Positions 48,763 through 58,977 of a DNA stretch of 64,000 bases are shown here, in pieces (position 1 is the stretch's first letter; each line of letters begins with the position of its first letter). The notes beneath the pieces were generated by a model. The model had not been told where the DNA came from, searched no databases, and saw nothing but the letters and a program-made list of their open reading frames with translations. Location of the stretch: positions 1,504,001 through 1,568,000 of the forward strand of contig OZ244070.1 in assembly GCA_965215605.1 (NCBI GenBank). The letters run 5' to 3'. Origin of the DNA: an uncultured Candidatus Binatia bacterium. GTDB taxonomy: Bacteria > Desulfobacterota > Binatia > UBA9968 > JAJDTQ01. The position numbers and the translations under genes are program-made.

Positions 48763-49986
48763 TCACGCCCGCACCTTGCGCAGGCCGGGCAGGAACGCCG
48801 CCACCACGGCGGCCAGAACCAGCACGATGGCGCCCATGGCCGCCACCGTGTGCGGGGCGCCGATGAAGTGGGCGCTGACACCGGCCAGCAGCGCTCCGGC
48901 GGGCGTGATGCCGCGGTCGAGCATGTAGATGCTCATGACCCGGCCCCGCAGCCTGTCGGGGACGGTCATGTGCAGCACCATGTTCGAGACGGACATGAAC
49001 ATGACCTGGAAGCCGCCCACCACCACCAGCGTCACCAGCGACAGAAGCAGAGTGCGCATGAACGCGAACAGGATGAGGAAGGCCCCCTGCATCACCAGCC
49101 CGGCGATCATGAGGAAGCCGGGCCGGTTCACCCGGCTGGCAAAATGGGCGACGCTCAACATCGCCAGCATGGCGCCCAGGCCCGGCGCCGCCATCATGAG
49201 GCCGAGGCCGTCCGCGCCAACCTGCAGCACGTCCTTCTGGAAAATGGGCAGGAGAGCCTGATACGGCATGGCGAACAGGCGCGGGATCATGGCGGTGGCC
49301 ATGACCGAGAACACGACCGGGTCCGCCCATACGTACCGGATGCCCTCCCGCAGGTTGCTCAGCACCGAAGAGGCAGCGGCTTCGCTGATTCGCTCCGGAA
49401 CGTGCATCCGGTAGATCATCCACATGACGAAGAGGTAGGTGGCGCTCTGGATGTAGAAGTTCCCCGCCAGCCCGAACAGGACGATGAGCACCCCGCCCAC
49501 GCTGGGGCCGATGACCTTGGTGAAGTTGAAGGCCGCGGAATTGAGGGCCACGGCGTTCATCAGCTCCTCCCGCGGCACCACGTCGGGGATCAGCGCCTGC
49601 CGCACCGGCTCGCTGAAGGACCACACCACGCCGGTCACCAGCGTGAAGGCGAACAGGTGCCACACCTCCAGCAGCTCCAGGCTCACCACCAGGCCCATGC
49701 CCAGCGCGGTCACCAGGACGAACCATTGGGTGGTAATCATGAGCCGGCGCCGGTCCGTGCGGTCCGCGGCCACGCCTGCCAGCGGGCTGAATATGAGAAA
49801 GGGCAGGAACCTGAGACCGTTGATGGCCCCCAGCAGGATGGACGACCGCGTCATCTCGTAGGTCGCCCATCCCAGGGTGACCTGCTGGATCCACAGTCCG
49901 CCGCTGAGGAAGCAGGTGCCGGCCCACAGGTACCGGAAATTCCGGTTGCGCAGGGACGAGAAGGTGCTTCGGGACGCCGCGGCCAT
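48763..49986 (-). CDS. MFS transporter (MFS_3/EntS-like)
   Basis: SLRNRNFR, AGVAADRTDRRRL, NAVALNS, VPDRLRGRVMS; about 12 TM segments. Confidence 0.92.
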   Translation of the reverse strand: MAAASRSTFSSLRNRNFRYLWAGTCFLSGGLWIQQVTLGWATYEMTRSSILLGAINGLRFLPFLIFSPLAGVAADRTDRRRLMITTQWFVLVTALGMGLVVSLELLEVWHLFAFTLVTGVVWSFSEPVRQALIPDVVPREELMNAVALNSAAFNFTKVIGPSVGGVLIVLFGLAGNFYIQSATYLFVMWMIYRMHVPERISEAAASSVLSNLREGIRYVWADPVVFSVMATAMIPRLFAMPYQALLPIFQKDVLQVGADGLGLMMAAPGLGAMLAMLSVAHFASRVNRPGFLMIAGLVMQGAFLILFAFMRTLLLSLVTLVVVGGFQVMFMSVSNMVLHMTVPDRLRGRVMSIYMLDRGITPAGALLAGVSAHFIGAPHTVAAMGAIVLVLAAVVAAFLPGLRKVRA

Positions 49987-49995
49987 GGGCGATCC

Positions 49996-51111
49996 TTACC
50001 GGTCCGGCCCGGCCATGGCCGCCACCAGGCTCAGTTGGCGCCGGTCCAGATTGGCGCTCTTGATGAGGGCGTACACTTCCTGGCCCGGGGCCAGCGCCAA
50101 CTCGCGGACGGCCTGCCGGGTCACCAGGGCGGCCAGCGGCACCTCGCCGATGTGCAGCTTGAGCTCGGCCAGCGGCCCGTCACCGTCGCCCGGGCCGATC
50201 TCCACCAGGGTTCCCTTGAGCACGTTGCGCAGGCTCAACCCTCGCGGCGGCTCGGTGGCCACGCTGACGTCCCGGGCGCGAATCCACACCCGCACCGCCG
50301 CCCCCGCCGGAATGTCCACCAGCGGGACCCGCAACTCGCCGCCCCGGAACTCCAGGTGCGTGAGTCCTGCCGCGGCATCATGGCGGGAGACCCGGGTCGC
50401 AAGCATCGTTCCCGTCTCCGTTTCGTCCTCCGGAGACCACAGCTCCAGCCGGCTCAGGATCTCGTCCACCCCGCCCGACGCGGTCACCCGGCCGTTGGAC
50501 ACCAACACCAGGTTGCGCGCCAGCCGCGACACTTCGTCGAGGGAGTGGCTCACGTAGACGACGGGAATGCCCATCTCGTCGAGCCGCTCGATGTAGGGCA
50601 GGATCTCGTTCTTCATGAGCACGTCGAGGGACGCCAGCGGCTCGTCCATCAACAGCGCCCGGGGGTTGCTCAAGAGCGCCCGGCCCACCGCCACCCGTTG
50701 TTTCTCGCCGCCGGAGAGAGACTGCGGCCGGCGTTTCAGCAGCCCGTCCAGGTCCAGCAGCCCGATGACCTGGCCCGCGGTGAGGCGGCGCTCGGCCACG
50801 GGGGTGAGACGCGAGCCGTAGAGCAGGTTTCGCCGCACGGTCAGGTGGGGAAACAGGCGCCCCTCCTGGAAGACGTACCCGAGCCGGCGTTTCCACGGCG
50901 GCAAGTCGATGCCCGCGGCGCTGTCGAACAACACGTGGCCGTCCACCTCGATGCGGCCCTCGTCGGGTGTCAGCAGCCCGCTCACCATGTTCACGATGGA
51001 AGTCTTGCCGGAGCCGGAACGGCCGAAGAGGGCAGTCACGCCGCGGTCGCTGCTGAACCGGGCTTCGATCTCCAGCTCCCCTAGCCGCCGTTTCACGTCG
51101 ACTTCAAGCAT
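49996..51111 (-). CDS. modC: Molybdate ABC transporter ATP-binding protein
   Basis: GRSGSGKTS, LSGGEKQR, LMDEPLA, SLRNVL and TOBE tail YALIKS. Confidence 0.96.
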   Translation of the reverse strand: MLEVDVKRRLGELEIEARFSSDRGVTALFGRSGSGKTSIVNMVSGLLTPDEGRIEVDGHVLFDSAAGIDLPPWKRRLGYVFQEGRLFPHLTVRRNLLYGSRLTPVAERRLTAGQVIGLLDLDGLLKRRPQSLSGGEKQRVAVGRALLSNPRALLMDEPLASLDVLMKNEILPYIERLDEMGIPVVYVSHSLDEVSRLARNLVLVSNGRVTASGGVDEILSRLELWSPEDETETGTMLATRVSRHDAAAGLTHLEFRGGELRVPLVDIPAGAAVRVWIRARDVSVATEPPRGLSLRNVLKGTLVEIGPGDGDGPLAELKLHIGEVPLAALVTRQAVRELALAPGQEVYALIKSANLDRRQLSLVAAMAGPDR

Positions 51112-51808
51112 GGGAGTATCCCTGCGTCTTCCGCGCGACGTAACGGCCCAGCATCTCCGAGGCTACCAGCGCCACGATGGTGATCAGGACGATGATCACC
51201 GTGAGACGCATGGCTCCGGGCTCGCCTCCGGGCACCTGAAGCGCGGAATGGACCGCCAGGGACAGGGTCTGGGTCTCGCCGGGGATGTTGGAAACGAACG
51301 TGATAGTGGCGCCGAACTCGCCCAGGCTCCGAGTGAAGCCGAGGATGGCGCCCACCACCATGCCCGGGAGACTCAGGGGCAGGGTGATGGTGAACCAGGT
51401 CCACAAACGGTTGGCGCCGAGGGTGTGGGCGGCGGACTCCAGACGTCGGTCGACGGCTTCCAGCGACAGCCGGATGGGTCGGACCATCAGGGGAAAGGAG
51501 ACCACGGCCGCAGCCACCACGGCGCCGGTCCAGCGGAAGGCGAAGACCAGGCCGAAAGTCTGCTCGATCCATGCGCCCACCAAGCCGCGGCGCCCCAGCA
51601 CCACGAGCAGCAGGTAGCCGGTGACCACCGGCGGCAGCACCAGGGGCATGTGCAGCAGGCCGTTCAGCACCTCCTTGCCCCAGAAGCGGTAGCGGGCCAG
51701 CACGAACGCGGCCACCGCCGCCAGTGGGAGGCTGACCGCCGTGCTCCAGGCGGCGATCCGGACACTCAGCCGCAGGGCCTCGATCTCGGCCGGGCTCGGA
51801 GACCACAT
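51104..51808 (-). CDS. modB: Molybdate ABC transporter permease
   Basis: PLVLPPVVTGY, FTRSLGEFGATI, NIPGETQT. Confidence 0.96.
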   Translation of the reverse strand: MWSPSPAEIEALRLSVRIAAWSTAVSLPLAAVAAFVLARYRFWGKEVLNGLLHMPLVLPPVVTGYLLLVVLGRRGLVGAWIEQTFGLVFAFRWTGAVVAAAVVSFPLMVRPIRLSLEAVDRRLESAAHTLGANRLWTWFTITLPLSLPGMVVGAILGFTRSLGEFGATITFVSNIPGETQTLSLAVHSALQVPGGEPGAMRLTVIIVLITIVALVASEMLGRYVARKTQGYSHA

Positions 51809-51812
51809 TCCT

Positions 51813-52586
51813 TTACGGCTCCCGCACCGTAAAGCCGCGGTCCTCGAAGACCGCCCGAGCCTTGGGGGACCAGAGGTAATTCAGGAACGTTTCGGCCAGC
51901 GGATGGGTGCTGGCGGCGGGGATGGCCACCGTATAGTGGATGGGCGGATGCGTGTGCTCGGGAAACGTGCCCACCACCGCGACCTTGGGTTCCGCCCTGG
52001 CGTCGGTGGTGTACACGATGCCGTAAGGTGCCTCGCCCCGGGCCACCAGCGCCAGCGCCCGCCGTACGTCGGCGGTGCCGGCCACCCGCGGCGCCACCGC
52101 CTGCCAGACCCTGAAGGTCTTCAGCGCCGCCCTGGCGTATTGCCCGGCGGGGACGTGGCTCGGGTCGCCCATGGCGAGCCGTCCATCCCCCAGGAGCCGC
52201 GCCAGCGGAAAGCGGGAGTGGATGGCCACGGGGGCGGCCCGGCCGGCCGGCGCCACCAGCGCCAGCCGGTTGCCGAGCAGGTTGCCACGGGTCCCCGGCC
52301 GCAGCCATCGTCCCCGCTCCAGCCGGTCCACCCACAGGGGACTCGCCGACACGAAGACGTCCACGCCCGCGCCGCGCTCGATCTGCCGCGCCAGCGCGGA
52401 ACTGGCGGCGAACGAGACCGCCACCCGGGCCCGGCCGGTCCGCTCGAACCGCCGGGCGACGGCGTCCACCGTACCCTGAAGGCTGGCCGCGGCGAACACC
52501 AGCAGACGCTCGGAGGCCACCGCCGGGCCGGCGAATGCCGCAAGCATCAGCATGCCCGCGAGGAGGCGTCTGCGTAGTTTCAGCAT
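51813..52586 (-). CDS. modA: Molybdate ABC transporter substrate-binding protein
   Basis: Signal peptide; FAAASL, FAASSALARQI, VPAGQYA, DVRRAL, IVYTTD. Confidence 0.95.
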   Translation of the reverse strand: MLKLRRRLLAGMLMLAAFAGPAVASERLLVFAAASLQGTVDAVARRFERTGRARVAVSFAASSALARQIERGAGVDVFVSASPLWVDRLERGRWLRPGTRGNLLGNRLALVAPAGRAAPVAIHSRFPLARLLGDGRLAMGDPSHVPAGQYARAALKTFRVWQAVAPRVAGTADVRRALALVARGEAPYGIVYTTDARAEPKVAVVGTFPEHTHPPIHYTVAIPAASTHPLAETFLNYLWSPKARAVFEDRGFTVREP

Positions 52587-52733
52587 TGCATTCGGGAGAC
52601 AGGACAATGGGTCGTTTTTACTTGGCATTTTGTCGTCTATAATACCAGACGGCCGATGCCCCCCCGGAAGCAGCGCCGGACCCGGCCGCGGACACCCCGA
52701 GCCAACGGCGCCCCGCGCCGCCGAAAGGAGCCC

Positions 52734-54092
52734 ATGGCTGGACGCAAGGTTCTCTACGACCCCGCAAACGCAAACCTCTTGTGCTACGCAACCGCCATCC
52801 CCGCGTTCCTCGACGGCAGCGATACGCCGCGGGCCTACCTGGAGCGATGCCTGGAAACCATCGACGCCATCGAGCCCGAGGTCAGGGCCTTCGTCCGGCT
52901 GAACGTGGAGGGCGCCCGCAAGGCGGCGGACGCCGCCGGCGCGCGATACAGGGACGGGCAACCCCTGTCGGTGGTGGACGGCATGCCCATGGCCATCAAG
53001 GATGTCCACGAGACCGAGGACATGCCGATGGAGGTGGGCAGCCCGGTGCTCAAGGATTTCCACACCGGCTGGGACGGCGCCGCGGTCCACTGCCTGCGCA
53101 AGGGCGGCGCGCTGATCCTCGGCAAGACGGTGACCACGGAGTTCGCCTTTGCCACGCCCGGACCCACCCGCAATCCATGGGACACGTCGCGGACCCCCGG
53201 GGGTTCTTCCAGCGGCAGCGCCGCCGCCGTGGCGGCGCGCATGGTGCCGGCGGCCACCGGCACGCAGGTGCGCGGCTCGGTGCTGCGGCCGGCGGCCTAC
53301 TGCGGCGCCTATGCCATCAAGGCCTCCTACGGCGCCCTCAATTCACTGGGAGGCTTCCCGTCGGCGCCGAGCCTGGCCCACCTGGGAATCCTCGCCGGCA
53401 CGCTGCAGGACATGTGGAGCACGGCCTACTTCATCTCCCGCACGGCGGGCGGGGACCCCGGCCACCCGAGCCTGACGGGCGAGTCCTCGCTGCCGCCCGC
53501 GGAGAAGCCGCGCCGGCTGGTCCGGCTCGAGACCGCCGGATGGGACGTCACCGCGGAGGACACCCGGGCGGTCTTCGAGGGATACGTCGACACTTTGCGG
53601 TCATCGGGCGTGGAGGTGGCGGGCCGGGCCGACGACCCGGAGGTGGAGGCGTTGGAGCACAAGCTCAGGGAACTGCCCGAGGTGATCCTGCTGATGCTGA
53701 CCTATGAAGGACGCTACCCGCTGGCTGTTTACGCCGACCGCTGCCCCGAACTCCTGAGCGAACGAGTGCTGGAGCGGGTGGAGGTGGGGCGCGGCCTCAC
53801 GCCCGACGACTACGCCGGGGCCCTGGACTGGTGCCGGGACTTCCGGCGGCAGTGGGAGGCCATGGCGGGCCGGGCCGATGCGTTCGTAACCCTGAACTCC
53901 GTGGATGCCGCGCCCGTGGGCATGCCGGTGGGGAACTCCATCTACGGCGAGCTCTCGTCGGTCGTCGGCGTTCCCACCCTGAACCTGCCGCTGCTGGCGC
54001 TCGACGAAATGCCGCTGGGCGTTCAGTTGCTCGGCTACTATCGCAAGGACTGGGAACTCGTGGGCATCGGGCGCTGGCTGGACGAGCACTGA
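52734..54092 (+). CDS. Amidase signature family protein
   Basis: ATG after AAAGGAG; AIKD, GKTVTTEF, PGGSSSGS, GTQVRGSVLRPAAYCG. Confidence 0.92.
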   Translation: MAGRKVLYDPANANLLCYATAIPAFLDGSDTPRAYLERCLETIDAIEPEVRAFVRLNVEGARKAADAAGARYRDGQPLSVVDGMPMAIKDVHETEDMPMEVGSPVLKDFHTGWDGAAVHCLRKGGALILGKTVTTEFAFATPGPTRNPWDTSRTPGGSSSGSAAAVAARMVPAATGTQVRGSVLRPAAYCGAYAIKASYGALNSLGGFPSAPSLAHLGILAGTLQDMWSTAYFISRTAGGDPGHPSLTGESSLPPAEKPRRLVRLETAGWDVTAEDTRAVFEGYVDTLRSSGVEVAGRADDPEVEALEHKLRELPEVILLMLTYEGRYPLAVYADRCPELLSERVLERVEVGRGLTPDDYAGALDWCRDFRRQWEAMAGRADAFVTLNSVDAAPVGMPVGNSIYGELSSVVGVPTLNLPLLALDEMPLGVQLLGYYRKDWELVGIGRWLDEH

Positions 54093-54148
54093 ACCGCTCA
54101 CGCCGGCATCCACTTGGCAGAGGTGCTTCGCAGCCGTAGGCTCTTGTC

Positions 54149-55849
54149 GTGAAAGTCCTTGTCAGCCTGCTCGCCTCCTTCATGGAGCTCCCGGAAACCC
54201 GGCGAAACCTGGGCGTCTTGTTCAGGTTTCTCGGCGTCCTGCTAGGCATCGTCCTGGTCTACTCCGTCGCCTTCCACGTCATTATGGTCGGCGTGGAAGG
54301 GAAGGACCACTCCTGGATCACGGGGTTCTACTGGACTCTCACGGTGATGAGCACGCTGGGCTTCGGCGACATCGTGTTCGACAGCGACATCGGCCGAGTC
54401 TTCAGCATTCTCGTCCTCCTCTCCGGCATCGTCCTGCTGCTCATCATGCTGCCTTTCACCCTGATCCGTTCGTTCTACGCGCCCTGGCTGGAAGCGCAGA
54501 TACGGGGCCGCGCCCCACGGGAGGTTCCGGAAGAAGTGGCGGCCCACGTGGTCATCTGCGGATACGACGCGCTGGCGACGGGTCTGGTGGAGCGCCTGGC
54601 CCTTTACGACATCCCCTATTACCTCATCGAACCCGATCCCGCCGAGGCCGCGCGCAAGCAGCGCCAGGGGCTGTCGGTCATCACCGGCGACGTCGACAGC
54701 CGGGAGACCTACGTCAATCTGCGGGCGGCGAACGCGCGGCTTATACTGGCCAACCTCGCGGATGAGGTGAACACCAACATCACCATCACTGCCCGTGACG
54801 TGGCTCCGAACGTTCCCATCGTCGCCACCGCCGAGGCCGAGGATTCCATCGACGTGCTGGAACTGAGCGGCTGCAGCCACGTGCTGCCCCTGCACCAGCA
54901 ACTGGCGGAACGTCTCGCCAACCGCGTCAACGCGGGCCATGCCGAAGTGCACGTCATCGGCGGCATCCGGAACCTGCGCATCGCCGAGTTCGCGGTCCAC
55001 AACACGCCGTTCGCCGGCCGCACCATTCGCGAAACCCAGATCCGGGAGGCAACGGGGGTGGAGATCGTCAGCGTGTGGGAACGCGGCAAGCTGCTGCCGG
55101 CCCGGCCCGACACCTACCTCTCCACTTCCAGCCTGCTGGTGGTGGCGGGCACGGAGCAGCAGGTCCTGGAACTCAACCTGCTGCTGGTGATCTACGACAT
55201 CAACTACAACCCGGTGCTGGTCATCGGCGGCGGCAAGGTAGGGCGCGCCACCGCCAGGGCGCTGAGGCGCAAGGACGTGGGGGTGCACCTCATCGAGCGC
55301 AACGAGGCGCTGCGGCCGCGCATCGGCGAGATTCCCACACAACTCTTCCAGGGCGAAGCCGCGGACCGGGACCTGATCATGGAGGCGGGCCTGGCCAACA
55401 CGCCGGCGGTGGTGCTGTCCGGCAGCGACGACGCCATGAACATCTATCTGGCGGTCTACTGCCGCCGTCTCAATCCCGAGGTCCTGATCCTGAGCCGCCT
55501 CACCCACCCCCGGAACCTCGAGGCCATCTACCGCGCCGGAGCCGACTTCGCCCTGAGCTACACATCCCAGGGCGTCGAGGACATCTTCGCCCAACTACAC
55601 GCCCGCGAGCTGCTGGTCATCGGCGAGGGCGTCGAACTCTTCGTGGTACCCGCCCCCTCATCCCTCGTGGGCCGCGACCTCGGCGGCTGCGCCGTCTCCG
55701 AGCGCACCGGCCTCACCATCGTCGGCGTCCAGCAGAACGGCACGGTGGTCACCAACCCGCCGCCCGACACCTCGCTGAACAAGGGCAGCGAGCTCATCAT
55801 GCTCGGCAACACCGAGCAGCGTCAGGCGTTTGCCAGGGATTTCGGATGA
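54149..55849 (+). CDS. Potassium channel with tandem RCK (TrkA-N/TrkA-C) domains
   Basis: TM-pore-TM with MSTLGFGD filter; two Rossmann-like (ICGY, IGGGKVG) and two TrkA-C domains. Confidence 0.9.
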   Translation: MKVLVSLLASFMELPETRRNLGVLFRFLGVLLGIVLVYSVAFHVIMVGVEGKDHSWITGFYWTLTVMSTLGFGDIVFDSDIGRVFSILVLLSGIVLLLIMLPFTLIRSFYAPWLEAQIRGRAPREVPEEVAAHVVICGYDALATGLVERLALYDIPYYLIEPDPAEAARKQRQGLSVITGDVDSRETYVNLRAANARLILANLADEVNTNITITARDVAPNVPIVATAEAEDSIDVLELSGCSHVLPLHQQLAERLANRVNAGHAEVHVIGGIRNLRIAEFAVHNTPFAGRTIRETQIREATGVEIVSVWERGKLLPARPDTYLSTSSLLVVAGTEQQVLELNLLLVIYDINYNPVLVIGGGKVGRATARALRRKDVGVHLIERNEALRPRIGEIPTQLFQGEAADRDLIMEAGLANTPAVVLSGSDDAMNIYLAVYCRRLNPEVLILSRLTHPRNLEAIYRAGADFALSYTSQGVEDIFAQLHARELLVIGEGVELFVVPAPSSLVGRDLGGCAVSERTGLTIVGVQQNGTVVTNPPPDTSLNKGSELIMLGNTEQRQAFARDFG

Positions 55850-55932
55850 GGGGTCCCCTGCCCGAACAGGACCCTCGCCCGCCCCCGGAGCGCTTGAAGC
55901 CTGCGCCGGCGGCGTGATAGATTTTTGCCATC

Positions 55933-57411
55933 ATGCCCTTGAGAGACGCGCATACGGGTCAATGGAAACGCCTGAAGACCATTCTCTGCGGAATCCTGGC
56001 CGCATCGGTCCTGAGCGGCTGCACAGGGTCCACGGAGGAACGCCCGAAGATGCCGAAGATGGGAGACATCACCGGCGCCGTCACCGACCTGTTCAGCGCG
56101 GACCCGCGCTCGGAGTCCGACCCCACGGCCGAGGCGTTGTATCAGGACGGCATCGACTATTTCGACAGGGAACGATACGCGCGCTCCATCTCGTTTTTCC
56201 AGAAACTCCGCGACGATTACCCCTTCAGCAAGGAAGCCGAAGCCGCGGAACTGAAGATCGCCGAAGCCTACTACCGGAATGAGGACTACATCGAAGCCGA
56301 CGAGACCTACAAGAACTACCTCACGTTTCAACCCACGGGGCGGCACACACACTTCGTGAAGTACCAACTCGGCCGGGTCAACCTCGACCAGTTCACCGGC
56401 ATCGACCGCGACCTGGAGAAGGTCGAGGCCGCCAAAGCGTACTTCGAATCGGTGATCCAGGATCACCCCGAATCCGAGCACGTTCCGGATGCCCGCAAGA
56501 AGCTGGCCGAGACCCGCGCCCACCTGGCCGAGCGCGAGATCTACGTGGGCAATTTCTACCTGAAGGAGGAGAACTACCTGCCCGCGCGCGTGCGTTTCGA
56601 GAACGCCCTGCGCGACTATCCCGGTACCCCAGCGGCGGAACGGGCTCAAACCGCGCTGGCCGCCATCCCGGCAAATGGCGCCGGCAACCTCCCGACACCG
56701 GAGTCCTCGGCCGTACGAACGGAGACGCCGGCGCGGGAGAAGACCGAGGCGCCGCCCAAACCGCAATTCGTCACCAAGGAAGGCTATGTCCACGAGGACC
56801 CGGACGATAAGCGGTGGTACAGCTACCTGAACCCGCTCTCGTGGGACGACGACGGCGAACCGGAGGAGGAGAGGACGGCCGCGCCCCGGCAAACCGCTGC
56901 CGGAGAGGGCAGGGTTGCCGCCGAGGAACCCACGGTCGCGGAGAAGATCACGGGCTTCTTCGACTCCCTCAATCCATTCGCCTCCTCGAAGGACGACAGG
57001 GCCGACGAGGCGAAAACGACCGCCCCTGCCGAAACGACGGCGGCCAAGGCGGTCGTGGAAGACATCGACAAGACGTTGGGGACTCGGGGAGGCTCGGGGA
57101 GCGCTGCACCCACGCCGCCGGTAACCGAGCTTCCGCCGGATGAGAAGCCGTCGGGTCCTGCGCCCAGCGACCCGGCAACGGTATTGGGAGACATCGACTC
57201 CAAGCTCGGCAGCGGGACGAAGCAGGGGGACACGCCCACGCCGCCGGCTTCGGATCCGGCGCTCTTTACAGTCAGGGAGCCCAAGGACACCGGAGAAAAG
57301 AGCGGCCCCGCCGGCGACCAGCCGGAATTGCTGGAGGGAATCGACAAGCAACTCCGGCGGGAAGGGATCGGCAAGCCGCCGGCGCTGCCTCGGCCGCCCG
57401 CCAGTCCCTGA
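55933..57411 (+). CDS. bamD: Outer membrane protein assembly factor BamD with long C-terminal extension
   Basis: Lipobox LSGC; TPRs (YPFS..A..AELKIAEAYY), DRDL, LAEREIYVGNFY; Pro/Ala/Glu-rich tail of over 200 aa. Confidence 0.88.
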   Translation: MPLRDAHTGQWKRLKTILCGILAASVLSGCTGSTEERPKMPKMGDITGAVTDLFSADPRSESDPTAEALYQDGIDYFDRERYARSISFFQKLRDDYPFSKEAEAAELKIAEAYYRNEDYIEADETYKNYLTFQPTGRHTHFVKYQLGRVNLDQFTGIDRDLEKVEAAKAYFESVIQDHPESEHVPDARKKLAETRAHLAEREIYVGNFYLKEENYLPARVRFENALRDYPGTPAAERAQTALAAIPANGAGNLPTPESSAVRTETPAREKTEAPPKPQFVTKEGYVHEDPDDKRWYSYLNPLSWDDDGEPEEERTAAPRQTAAGEGRVAAEEPTVAEKITGFFDSLNPFASSKDDRADEAKTTAPAETTAAKAVVEDIDKTLGTRGGSGSAAPTPPVTELPPDEKPSGPAPSDPATVLGDIDSKLGSGTKQGDTPTPPASDPALFTVREPKDTGEKSGPAGDQPELLEGIDKQLRREGIGKPPALPRPPASP

Positions 57412-57453
57412 ACGAGCCCGGGGAAAGGCCGCCCGGCTGCTCCGGCGGGCCGC

Positions 57454-58743
57454 CTACGGGTTGAATGCGGAGTTCCGGCCCATGGCGCGGGCGAGCCGCG
57501 CCTCCGCCACCTTGTGATCGTAGACCGACCGTATGTGGTCCGTCTGAGCACGGGTGTTGATTACCTGCGCCTCGGTAATCTCGATGATGGAGCCGACCCC
57601 CACCTGGTAGCGGCCGTTGGCCAGATCGAGGTTCTCCTTGGCCGACCTTTTCTGCGCCTCGTTGGCCTTGATCCGCTCGCCCGCCTCCAACAGGTTGAGG
57701 TAGCCCTCCTCCACCTCCAGCGCGATGCGCTGCCGCTGTTCTTCTCCCTGAGCCTTGATCACCGCGTAGTCACGGACGTTCTTCTCTACCTCGGGCTTCA
57801 CGGTGAAACCGGTGAACAGGGGAATGTCCAGGATCAGCATGGAGCTGAAGATGTCCCGGTCGTCGTGCCACGCCTCGCCGTACTGTCCGTCAAAGCGGAG
57901 CCTGGGCATGCGGCCCAGCTTGGCCACGTCGATGGCTTCCTGCTGGGCCTCCAGGCGCGATTGGACCTCCTTGAGCTCCGCGCGCGATTCGAAAGAGGCC
58001 TTCACCGCGTCCGCCAGCGACAACGAGGGCGGGTGAATCTGCACGTCGGCGGCCACCGGACGCTCCTCGAAGCGGGTCACGCCCATGGCATTCTTGAGCC
58101 GCGCCCACGCGATCCGGACGCCGTTCTGGGCGCCGATGAGGCCGGCCTCGGCCGCGAACAGACTCGCTTCCGCGCGCGCCACGTCGATCTTCGGACGCGT
58201 CCCCACGTCGAAGAAGCCCTGGGCCTGCCGCACCAGGGTCTCGCGGTCCTTGACCGTATCCTGCTCCACACGCACGAGGGCCTGGGCGCGCAGGTATTCG
58301 AAAAACGCACGGCGCACCATGAACACCACGTCCTCCACCGAAGTCCCGCGAGCGAAACGCCGGGCTTCCAGCGTATCCTTCTCCCGGCGAATCGTGCCTT
58401 CGCGGCGACCGAAATCGCTCAGGAGCCAGTCCACTTCGCCCGTGGTCCTGTAGAAGTTCTGCTCGGCCCTCGGGGTCGCCGGCCGCGGCTTGTTCTCGTA
58501 AGTGCCCCTGGCCCCGAGGGTTGGGTAGTAACGCGCTCGGGCGCTTTCCACCAACGCCTCCTGCACCTTGATCCGCTCGTTCGCCGCGCGGATCCCCGGA
58601 TGGTTCTCCATGGCGATGCTCTCGGCCTGCTGCAACGTCAGCGCCTCCGGCGCCGCCTGTTGACCGGCAGCCGTCTGGACCATCCACGACAACGCCAACA
58701 CCGCGATCCACAGCAGTGCGGCGAAGTTCTTGAGCCATTGCAT
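57454..58743 (-). CDS. TolC family outer membrane protein
   Basis: ATG after AAGGAGG; signal peptide; two OEP repeats (YYPTL/RMPRL, IPLFTG, RYQVG..SIIE). Confidence 0.9.
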   Translation of the reverse strand: MQWLKNFAALLWIAVLALSWMVQTAAGQQAAPEALTLQQAESIAMENHPGIRAANERIKVQEALVESARARYYPTLGARGTYENKPRPATPRAEQNFYRTTGEVDWLLSDFGRREGTIRREKDTLEARRFARGTSVEDVVFMVRRAFFEYLRAQALVRVEQDTVKDRETLVRQAQGFFDVGTRPKIDVARAEASLFAAEAGLIGAQNGVRIAWARLKNAMGVTRFEERPVAADVQIHPPSLSLADAVKASFESRAELKEVQSRLEAQQEAIDVAKLGRMPRLRFDGQYGEAWHDDRDIFSSMLILDIPLFTGFTVKPEVEKNVRDYAVIKAQGEEQRQRIALEVEEGYLNLLEAGERIKANEAQKRSAKENLDLANGRYQVGVGSIIEITEAQVINTRAQTDHIRSVYDHKVAEARLARAMGRNSAFNP

Positions 58744-58977
58744 GACGACCTCCTTGTGACCCGTAGACATGGGAGCCTCGCTCCGCGGCGACCGTGCAAG
58801 CACTTTCTATCCCAAGCGTCACCCCGCCAACAAGTGGAATCCCGGTTCCTGGACAAACCGGTCCCGCAAAACACATGCCACCGAGTGGACGGAACTTCGA
58901 CGCGGCGGCCGCCCATGCCTGTTTCCCGGCACATTCATGTTACGCCCCGGCGGCACGTCTGATAAAAACATGTCCTT

